Positions 51,001 to 61,524 of a stretch of 64,000 nt of DNA are shown here, piece by piece. The first letter of the stretch is position 1; each line of letters opens with the position of its first letter. Position numbers and translations under genes: made by a program. The stretch spans positions 41,050,401 to 41,114,400 of the forward strand of contig CM120641.1 of NCBI GenBank assembly GCA_051362555.1. The letters are read 5' to 3'. Source of the DNA: Lingula anatina (lineage: Eukaryota; Animalia; Brachiopoda). A model generated the notes under the pieces. It worked only from the letters and a program-made list of their open reading frames with translations. It was not told the origin of the DNA and did no database searches.

Positions 51001-54000
51001 TAGAGTTATTGACAGGGTCACCAGCTTTCCATATCCATCCATCTATCCTGAAACATACAATACAATTGGCACAATAAATTGATTTTAACACTTGGTTTGT
51101 ACAATAAAAAAACTGGTATTGGCGATAGAGTTTGGGATTCTGCTGGTGGCCCAAGTCGCAAAATATTGATGCGTTTTTGAAGTATTTAACACCGTTCTTA
51201 CATGACAAGGGCGCATTTTACAGACGCCAGGGCGGCATTCAAGTTGTTCGACAAAAAGGATTGCGGCAAGATTTCCATCAAAGAATTGGGTAATGTGTTC
51301 AGATCCTTAGGCAGACAGCTGAAGCCCGACCAGCTGAAGGAATGGGCTGATGATATCGACGTGGATGGTAAGATGAGTGACAACATCCACTGCCGTTGCC
51401 AGAGTAGCCAGCCCGAGCCGCCATTGCACTGCGTTGGTTTTTGTAGAGTCCCAAGTGATGTTCCCCCGTTTCACATCCCATCTTTTTGACCCACTGCACT
51501 TCACTTCACTTCACTTGAGACCTAACATCCTTAACAAAACATATTGCACTTGATTTACTGGCACGTTGATGAAAGCGGCTGTTATGCAATCTATACAGAC
51601 AAAAAAGGAAAAAAAAACATGAAAGAATTAACTGTTTTTTATGGATTTACGTACAAAAGGATGTTAGGTCTTGTTTATTTGCATTTTTCTGATTGCAATA
51701 TCCACTTACATTCAGTGAATAGCCAACTGATTTGGACTATATAATATACTATGTAGACCAACAGTTCAGTTGGATTGTAGCTGAAAGTAGGTCGTGATTC
51801 CATCCCTGCCACCAATTGTTCTCCTTCTATTTCCAGGTAGTGTCACCATTTTCATTGGATGTATATTTTTCACTTTAGATTTAGTTTTAGAGTTAGGATA
51901 TAGAGTTCAACACATTTACTGTGCACTCCTTCTGCACTTTGTGGCTTTCTTTTCGTGTTGCTGTCCAGTTTCGTAGTTTCAGGTTTCCCTCCCGGAGTGC
52001 TTTGGAAAATGTTCTCATTTGTGCATTTTCTAAACTTTTCATGCTTTTTCGTGTATGGGTGTATTGAAGATTGTTACATTTGTTAAAGCTTTAAAGATAT
52101 CCATGAAACCGTTTATTTCACCCTGCCGGCACGCCCAAAGAGAGGTTCCACTTGCAGCCTGACTGAATTGGTTTAATAGAATCATCTGTGACAGCCTAAA
52201 ATGAGGCTGTCGGCACTGCGTGACGTCATATTAAACTAGAAAACGTGCGAAAATCTGTGGGAGGTGGGGCTAACTCTAGATGATTTCTATTCAACGGGAT
52301 AGGCAGTCGGCTAGAACTTATGTCACAAAAGGGCCCCACGTGGAACCTTGGCTAAACCTTAACCCACATGCAGCAACCCTGTATTGGTATGTGCCCAGTT
52401 GGGCGCGCCGGCTGGGAGGTAGCTGTATTTAAAACAGGCAGTTAAAGTGATGTAGGAAATATCATATAATGTCTAAATTTTATAACTTATATTTATTTCT
52501 TAAAAATTCCGTGTAACCAGTGGTTTTCCTATATGTTGCTTCTCAATATCCAGTGTTCTGTTGACTGCGGCATATGAATGCACGTTTCGATACAAACTTA
52601 CGGCTTTCTTATGGCTGACACTGATGTTCTAATATCTGTATAGGTAGTGGCTATATTGACTTTGATGAATTCCTCATCCTGTACGTGAGGAAGCTGATAG
52701 AGGACGAGGACGAAAAGGAACTGAGGGAAGCTTTTCGTGTGCTGGACAAGCAGAAAACTGGTTCTATTCCCGTAGAAGACCTGAGGTGGATTCTGAAGAG
52801 CCTGGGAGACGACCTAACTAACTCCGAAGTCGAGGACATGATCGCAGAAACAGACACAGATGCGAGCGGCACAGTCGACTACGATGGTAGATATAGCATA
52901 AGCTTTTTATTTTACCCAAACATTTGAAATGTTGATTTAACATGCACAGACTTAAATTTTTCATTTGTAATATCGGATACTGAACAAAAAAATTTTAAAT
53001 AAGACAGCGACTTAAGGAATATTTTAAAATGTTCTATGCTTCTGTGGAACTATATTTTTCTGATATTACTGCGATAGCCTCTAACAGTGAATTGCAGAGT
53101 TAATTTGTTCTTTTTTATGTAAAAACATAGATGTACATTTGACAGTTTTGCTGCCTTGTTAATGTAAAACTTGTGTATTTCAAGTGGCGTGATTGTCCAA
53201 ATGTTTTATTTTCTGCATGTCACACCGTAGTGTCACCGTGTGTCTTCCCGTCTGGCACGCACCGCGTCCTATGTAAATTCTGCATGCTGCCTACTGCCTT
53301 CCATTGCATTTTACCCCATGCTCTGCGTGACAACACGGACAATTCGTGCAAGAGCACGCAACACGCACCCCACGTACATGTACCCCTCTACACTGGACTC
53401 ACCGGTGCCATTTCTGTCTAACGTCGTATGAATTAGTTTCCAGACCGCTGCAGTAATTTCCCTGTGTTTGTTGTATGTTAGGACATGCGCCTAGCCCTGA
53501 TGTTAAAACTTCCACCTGCATGATCATCTCGAGCAATTTCCTTTCATTTGTTTCCAGCTAAATTCCAGCAGTGACCTTATTCTCATCCTATAAAAACTTT
53601 ACCTGTACAAAAGCACTCTAAATTATATTATCACCCTTCACATGTAGATTCATCTACAACCCATCTACAACTCAATCTGGCCCAGTTTTACCGGAATTTA
53701 AAGGTATTCTGTACGGGATTTTCGCACCAAATCTAATTTTTCTCTTGAAAAAAAAAGAAGAAATTTTGGTTCTTACGAATTAATATCCAACCTGTTTTTT
53801 TAATACTTGCATTCGATCTTTTGTGCCATTTAACTTAGTTTTTAACAGTATTTTAACAAATAATGATCAATTTAGACTGTTATGTTTTCCAGAAATTTTA
53901 ATAATTTTATTTTTTAAAAATATCGACACCAGGTGCTTTTCTTTGTAAATTGGAAATATATAAATAGCTTTGCAAGATATTTAGACAAAAGAATAAGACT

Positions 54001-54792
54001 CTAGGACATTTGCAGACGCGTATAGTACGCCTTTCCACACGATTCTGACAGGATAGCCCGGAGAGCTATATCCCCCCCCCCCTTCCCTCCTCCTCCTCCC
54101 CCCCCCCCAGCCACCCCTTGTTACACCTCCAGTTCCAGCACTCGTCCTCAAGACGACAACAGGCCAGGCAGCGTACCAGGACTGCAATTACTCTTTATTT
54201 GTCTTTTCCAGAGTTCTATGCATTGATGACCGGCAAATAAGCACCAAGTGAACCACCTGGATTGCAATCATGACTCTTGGACCGCAGATGACTGCTTTGC
54301 ATTTTCCTGACCAATGGCGGGATAGTCTCCCCCCAGCGGCTGTCTATATGGGATAACATTTTCATAGACACATACTTACACAATTCATATATTCGTAGGA
54401 GTTAGTGGAATTGTCTCTCTTGAATGCAGTGATCAAATGCTGAGTGCGTTTGTGCACACGTTATTCCCACTGTTTTCTTGCATGGTGGTGATATCACATG
54501 TGGACTTGGGAGTCTTTCACTGTGCACTTTATTTGATTGGTTTCCGTAACTATGCACTCATGTGTGCCTCACATGGGGAAGGGCGTGTCTCAAAAACAAT
54601 AGATGAAATCCCACTATCACTTTCTAAGATGTAATCGTTGCATTTTATTATTTTTTTTCTTCATTTCCTTTTTTTTTTTTTTTTTTTTTTTTTTTGCATG
54701 TGCTGCATGTATGTGGTCTTTTACACAGTGTCAAATAACCGCCTTCACATTTATCATTTCCAGAGTTTTATAAACTGATGACTGGTACATAA
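48013..54792 (+). CDS. TnC: Troponin C (molluscan type), 155 aa, with alternative internal and terminal exons
   Basis: Exons 48013-48018 (ATGGGG), 48291-48336, [50614-50757 or 51224-51367], 52644-52886, [54212-54240 or 54764-54792]. The sequence ELREAFRVLDK..LRWILKSLGDDLT..MIAETDTDASGTVDYDEF closely matches scallop TnC as recalled. Confidence 0.88.
50614..50757 (+). CDS. TnC: TnC alternative exon A (144 nt)
   Basis: TAG|AC..G|GTAAGA junctions; encodes DAREAFKLFDKKDVGRISLKELGNVFRSVGRALTAEQLRAFAAEVDLD. Confidence 0.9.
51224..51367 (+). CDS. TnC: TnC alternative exon B (144 nt)
   Basis: CAG|AC..G|GTAAGA junctions; encodes DARAAFKLFDKKDCGKISIKELGNVFRSLGRQLKPDQLKEWADDIDVD. Confidence 0.9.
54212..54240 (+). 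CDS. TnC: TnC proximal terminal coding exon (EFYALMTGK*)
   Basis: Polypyrimidine tract then CAG|AG TTC TAT GCA TTG ATG ACC GGC AAA TAA; completes EF-hand IV. Confidence 0.85.
54764..54792 (+). CDS. TnC: TnC distal terminal coding exon (EFYKLMTGT*)
   Basis: TTTCCAG|AG TTT TAT AAA CTG ATG ACT GGT ACA TAA, with AATAAA signals further downstream (about 55168 and 55269). Confidence 0.85.
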
Positions 54793-55790
54793 ACCCACAT
54801 TCAGCTTCTCAGTGCATCACCTGCTACTAGTTTAGACTGTCACTGACAACTGTTGTATCCTCTGTGATCCTCACATGTGCCTGTCGTCTGCTTGAATTTG
54901 TAAAAAAAAAAATCAACAAAACCAAAAGGTGGGCATTTATCGGATTTGAGCCCACTGACTTTTGAAACTCCTGCCGCCATGTCCAAGAGTATATAAGATG
55001 TCAGTTTTTTTGGAGAAAAAGACTCCTGTCAGAATTCACATACATATACCAGTCTGTTTTGACGGGGATGTAGACAGAGATGGCTGTAAATCCGGGAACA
55101 ATAGACTATCCATATTTAACGTTTTACAGGCCTTTCGTTTGTACAGACCCGGATAGAGGTCGAGGTGAATAAATGTGTGGATTTTTACATATTTTCCACG
55201 AGATCGTTGTGTATTATTTATTTTACATTTCACATCAAGAACCCATACATGCATGCTAACAAATGAGAAATAAAAAGGAATTACGTTGAAATGTATAAAA
55301 TATTTCGCTTCAAACTTAGTTCACTGGAGCCTAGATTGAAGTGACTGCGAGTTTCCATTTACTCGGTTGATCAAGTCCAAATGTTTATCAACTACAAAAC
55401 TAACATAAAAAAACAGCATTACTGAAGTCTGTCAGATGAAGGTTATTACTAAGCAAAAGCATTGCTTTCAACTTTGGCAGTACTTGGAATGCTTTGTAAT
55501 CGATAAACATTACGTGGCTTAAACTTGCTTTTGCAAACAATTCAAATGATGGAGTCGACTTAAAGAGATCGCGCGTAGGATTTTAGTGTAAAAATGTAAT
55601 AAACAAAATGCCCAATGCATTTTGTCTAGTTTGAAAAATAAAAAAAACGGATAAAATAAAAGCAGAGGAGAAACAGAATTACCTGTAAATTTTAAAGACG
55701 TTGAACTTGTTGATAGATTTTTACCATAACGTTAGTTCTTTAATCTCTAAAGTCCAGTGACCACTAATTGAACACAATCGAGCCAAGCTC

Positions 55791-55851
<61 letters not shown>

Positions 55852-57021
55852 GCCAAGGTCATATTAGCCTTATTACCGACATTATAGGCCTTCCTATTGG
55901 TTTAAAGTTATAAATTGTTCCTAAAGGATCTATAGATCTATGCTATTTACTGACGGTTTACGAATATTTGGCCCCACTTCAGTGTGGTTAACGCCTTCAA
56001 TATTTATTAATTAATACTTCTTTTAGCAAAATGTACTTGACACACAGAAATTCCACTCGCGAAAATGGAAATGGTTTGAAACGATTTCGAGATACACTTT
56101 ATGGACTACAAGGAAAGGAGATAAATATTTTCGAGCGTTCAGATAGGACCAAGGTCAGTAGAAGATAGAGAAGAAAGGGGCCGCCTGCCACATCGCTAAA
56201 AATTTCCACACCATTTCTTTATGTCATATGTATTATAAAGTTTTCGTTGAGCCGAGACCCAAATTAATCGATGTCCATCTTCAAGTACTTAATTTTGAAC
56301 ACACAAACACTTAAAATTTTATTCCTACGCGGCTGGAATGTGATGTTTAAATCGCTGTTTGAAATATGTGAAGAAATAAGAAATTTTGAAAATGACACTT
56401 AATCGTACAGTACCTATCCTATCAAAACACCACAGTTTAAAAAAACAAACAGAGAAGTTGCACATGAAATAATACAAACGGAAAGGTAAAAAAAAACTAA
56501 TTATATGAGTAATAAATATTTGTTATTTTGTAAATTGCATATATCCAAACGGAAGAGTTCTCTAAGCATTGCGGTATCGACTTCTTTGTCGATGAAAGCT
56601 CTTGCGAAACAGCCACCTTACCCCTGTCTTAAGTTTTATCGATATCTGTCACACTTTCCTTGACAGAAGCTTTGATGCATTGATTGTGGTTATGTTTTTA
56701 TCAATCCTTTGTGATACAAAACGTCTAAGGTGCGCCAAAGGCGGCTACAAGCGTAATCTGAGCGTTCACCTAACACACTGTGTCAGCCAGCGCGGTTAAG
56801 GAACGCCTTTGCTCCTACTTCTTCGATCTAAACCTGGATATTGGGTAAGTGAATAGATTTATCACGGTTTGCCATTATCTGAATGCTACATGTAGTAAGC
56901 AGCTAGTAGATCAACCGCTGTTGCATAGTATGCTAGAGACCACGTTCACATTTATGAACACTGGGTGATTGTCTGCTGGTGTCTTGGAATGTTATACGTC
57001 TTGTCGTCCTGAGTGCTGTTT

Positions 57022-59063
57022 CTACTCGGAGGTCATGAGTTTGAAAAATTCTGAAAAAAGATATCGTTCATTTATCGCTTTGAAAAACCAAACAGTGAGT
57101 ATAATCAATGTATCCAGGTATTGGGGGGAGGGAAGGGGGTCACAGCTGGCACGAGGACCCTCCCTTAGCTTCAGAGCTGCCCCCTTACCCCCTATTATTC
57201 AAACATAACACAATATCAAAAGCAAGATTAGACAGACTAACTTAGACTGCATTCCCACAGATTTAGATCGATCCATCTGGATCGACCTAACTCCGTGGGG
57301 GTTCACGCTAAATTGCTGTCAGCCGAGCGCGCATTGAAGTTAATTAGCCCCTTACAGCTTTTACTAGGCGGGACAGACATTTAAGCCGGCTAAGCTGACA
57401 GTTAATCTAGTGAGACTCCCCACGGGGATAGATCGATCTAAAATTTTTGGGAATGCAGTCTATTTTGTATCTCTGTGCCCTATATATTATTTTGTCCTTG
57501 TCTACTATTTTCATTTCCTCATTTTGCTTGGCAATTTTTAAATCCGCTAAGGGGATTATTTTAGATTCCGCTCCGGATTCTGATGAGACTTTCAGACTAA
57601 ATCAGCCAGAGGAAATAAGCAGCAATGATGATTCACCCTAGTAAAAGATGGCGTCTGTTAATCGAACTAGCTCGAAATAAACATGTACAGAAAAATGAAA
57701 ATAAAAACACTTTCGGAGAGCTGTCCAGGGAATATGATCACATACATTGTAAGATCAACAGAATCTTACCATCGAAACTAACTTCGTTGTTGCCGTCTTC
57801 GTCAACCTCTTGGATCATGTCGTTGATCTCCTCGTCGCTGAGGTCCAGCTCGTCTCGCAGACCCTTGAGGATGTATCGAAGATCATCGCACGTGATGAAA
57901 CCTTTCTTCTTTTTATCCAACATTCGGAACAGGTTTTTGTAGAATTCTTCCTCTTGTTTCTCTTTTATCTTTTGTGCCATAAGAGGGAGAAATTCGTCAA
58001 AGTCCACAGTGCCATTGGCTTAAAAACATTAAAATCATATATATTTACAAACTATTAATCAAGACATTATTTTAGAATAGATCCTACTGCTTACTAACAA
58101 GAAATAATCATACTAAACATAATAAAGGCATATGAACAAGCGAGTAAAAATTAAACAGACAGACAAGTAGATAAACGAAAAAGGGAACGAGGCAACAAAC
58201 AATTTAAAAAAACTTACAGTCCTGGTCAACTATTTTGATAAGTTCCCCCAGCTCTTCCGGTCGAAGCTGGTGGCCAAGGTTTCGCATAACATCTCCCAGC
58301 TTTTTTGTCGGTATTATCCCTTTCTTGTCCGGGTCGAACACAAAGAACGCTTCACGGATATCTGTAATACCGATCAGGTGTTTGGTACATATGCCGGTTA
58401 TAAGCAGGTGGTATATCAGTGCAATAACACATGTTTTTATTTTTGTAAAGTAAGTGCGCGCAGGGGGCAGTGATTTTATGAATAAACTCTTTAATTATAA
58501 CCAAATCATGAAGAAATAGAATCTCAGTGTAAACGCGTTCTAAATTCAACATGATGGACATTCCTGGAAGTCAGAGGATTGGTACAAAAGGTAGTTTTAC
58601 ACATTTAATGAACTTTTATCATGGTTCAATAAAAAAATTACGTTTTTTTAAAGGTTCATTTGCTAAGAAGAATAAAAAGGAGTTCTTTTTACAAGTTGTC
58701 ATTGTAAAAAATTCCCAAAGAAAAAAGTTCAGTTTCCACATTGTGTTAGCTGTGCTTACTTTGGACTTGGTCGTCGGATAGCTCGTAGTTATCGTCGGCC
58801 TGTAAAGGTAAGTGACTTGTCAGTTATCAATCTTTACTACAGTGTGAAACCTTGACATATCAATTATGCATTGATCGATATATATATTGTATCTCACAAA
58901 AAAGTCAGTCAAACCAATTGTACATACCCAAACTATATGAATAAGTACTGTATACTGGTACAAACTATACCCACACTAAATGCTTATACAAAACGAAACA
59001 AATAGAATTTAAACCACCTCTCCCTAATTTACAGTTGACCTTTCTACTGCGCGTACTTACCAT
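57022..59063 (-). CDS. Troponin C-like / calmodulin-family 4-EF-hand protein, 154 aa
   Basis: Exons 59063-59061 (ATG), 58799-58760, 58361-58218 (144 nt), 58018-57770, 57050-57022 sum to 465 nt. Protein: MADDNYELSDDQVQNIREAFFVFDPDKKG..VDQDSNGTVDFDEF..LRYILKGL..VDEDGNNEVSFDEFFKLMTSE. A minus-strand TATAAAA near 59640 and a donor near 59419 suggest a non-coding first exon. Confidence 0.88.
57243..57462. mobile_element. MITE family A, copy 2, in the last intron of the TnC-like gene
   Basis: Perfect 15-nt terminal inverted repeat TAGACTGCATTCCCA (57243-57257) / TGGGAATGCAGTCTA (57448-57462). Homologous to 23951-24180 in the opposite orientation. Confidence 0.85.
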
Positions 59064-60837
59064 ATTTCCAGGGAATACTGGGCAGCTATTCCTAAAAGAT
59101 AAAAACGACTGCATCAGCGTCTTATTTCTGTTAGATTTCTGCATTAGAATATTAAGCTCCTTCTGGTTTCGCAGAGTCCAGTCTTTAGCTGCATGTATTA
59201 CGGGGAACACGCAACGCGCATCGCTTCACTCTAGATTCTAGGGATTCTAATCGGTAAAATTGTTATCAGATATACAACGTGCCAAAGAAAATAGCGACCA
59301 TTTCTTGGGTGAAAGTTTACGTTATTGGGCACTGGCTGCTGCGTGCTAGGTATAAAAAGTCCAAACTCAATACAAGTAAAGATCAAAAAGAGATGCTACA
59401 TTCATTTAACGTAACTTACGGAAATTAAACAAGACTCTGAAGATGAATTCGAAGTCGCACATTTCTCCGAGAAATGGGAAATGAAGGTTGATTGTTGTTC
59501 CGCTTCCTCGCGCCTCGGTTTTATGGCTTCTTCTTCAATGAAGGCAACGAAAACGTTCGTTTTAACATATTGTCTGACGGAAAAAGGCAGACATCAGCTG
59601 AACCCTTTTTATCGGAAGTCAGAGGGGCAATGTCATTTTTATAAGCTGGGGCAGCAAAGCAGACCTGTAGGTCTCAGATTCAATCTTTGTCCGCTAACAT
59701 TTAATAAAATAAAGTCATTATCACCGTGGGTTCTTATAGGTGAAACTTGCCCCCCCCCCTCCCCATTTCCACCGATGTCATTCACATATCTCCTAAATAG
59801 TAGATATTCGAAAAACTGGAAATACAGGTTGTTTGTACAAATGCACTAACAGATTAAACAGGTTAAATACGAATCAACTTTTGTTTCTCAATTTTACTTT
59901 TCATTAGATTATACAGCCTCAGCTTCTAAATTGAGTGAAGAACTAACATATTGCGGATTCTTGGAGAAATCGATTACGTAGAAATTCAGACTGCTAGACG
60001 CGGGATGTAATCAGGGCATTCAGAATTCATATTCTGAGAGCGATGTTTTACAATGATCGTAAAGATAACACCTCCTATGCAAAGAAGATATAGCATCCCC
60101 TTTCCCTCTATAAGCCTTATGAGTTAATTAAATTCAGTTTTAGGCATATGAAGTACTTTTCGTCCTGACAGTAATGATTAATGTATAAACCACGCACTAA
60201 AAACGTCTTGGTGTTTGCACAGGATTCTGTCAATACGCTCTAGCCGAGCTCCCTGGAACACATTTCCGTTTACCTTTCGGTATTTTTGCGAAACGTTTCT
60301 CAACGCGAAAAGATCAGACGTTGGTGCGGTCAGTTTGTGCAGTGCTATTTATCACCTCCCTTTCCATAGTCTATCGACTTCCGGGGCGGAAAAATCTAGC
60401 ACTGTTATATAATTGCAATAGTCAAGGTATGTAAAATAATCTCTGATAGGGAGACAGGTGCTATGCGAGGTAGATGAGCCATTTCTTTTTCCTCTCCCGC
60501 ATTTTGGCGCATTGCAGAGGCTGATAGATGGGAGAGTGTAACTCGATCCTTCGGCTAACATTGACTAGCTTTTTACAGAGGTGCACTAGTACTGAGTCTA
60601 CTACTCGCCTTTTAATTCACTGGGAAAAGAACGAAAAATCCATGACCAGAGGAAACTAGGAGCCGTCACGCATTTCTTTCTACTCCCAAAGGCCCCTTTC
60701 TACAAGACGATTGAAATTCTTAGGCTTTACAGGAACAGGCATTATCAGGGAAAGAAGACACTTTTTTAATAGAAAAGCTTCACCTGAGTTCTGACAGAAA
60801 CTTGAAGTACAACAGTACAGAAGTATTTGTTGGGAGC

Positions 60838-61524
60838 ATGGTGAGTAGAGCTAGTTACATTGTACACGTTTCTTCACTCCATTTCCATGTAAGGTGTATC
60901 AGTATGATGTGCGTAAGACATGCGTTATCCGGTTATCCGTATCAGGGGCCTTATCTATCTTCGCCTCGTTCGTTCCGCCAGAGATCAGAGAGACGTTCAT
61001 TTTGTACCATTAAAACTGAGCAACAAAAGCTTTGGACTCAGTCCATGACATATCTGTGTTCATCACCTTGGAACACAAGAAACAAATCTACTTAAGTGAC
61101 TCTGACGCCCTCTATATCGTATTTGCACAGGAAACGTATAACGACACGATAATGATATTATGATGTAAACTTAGATTTGTGACGGATTTCTGGGGGGAAA
61201 ACCTCTCTTTCATTATTCATAGCGACAGTGAGGAGTAATGATTAAGCATATGTTTCGCGATGCTCACACGTACTGGAGCGCTGAGTGATGGAGGCGCAAA
61301 GAGATAATCATAAACAGGCAGCAAAAGGAAAGAAATGCGTTCAATGGGTAAGTCGGTGCAGAAAGGTTTGCGTTTTTTGAAGCAGTGGTGTCAACTTGAT
61401 GGTTTACGTGTTTCTTGCTAGCATACTTGGAAAAGGTCAGAGATTTTCTTTTCAAAATGGGTGTTTTTCTTCCTTTTTCAGAATATAGAACAGGGCCACA
61501 GCCTAACGGAAGAACAGATCGCAG
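60838..61524 (+). CDS. 5' part of a calmodulin-like gene (the remainder appears to be outside the window)
   Basis: An exon ending ATG|GTGAGT (60838-60840) and exon 61482-61524 give MNIEQGHSLTEEQIA plus a phase-1 G. This matches the LTEEQIAE start and the intron phases of calmodulin. No further EF-hand exon was found before 64000. Confidence 0.7.

Noticed and set aside
53098-53935. Additional TnC terminal-exon candidates (CAG|AGTTAATT at about 53098, CAG|AAATT at about 53892)
   Set aside because: Translations lack the EF..LM exit-helix pattern present in the two accepted exons.
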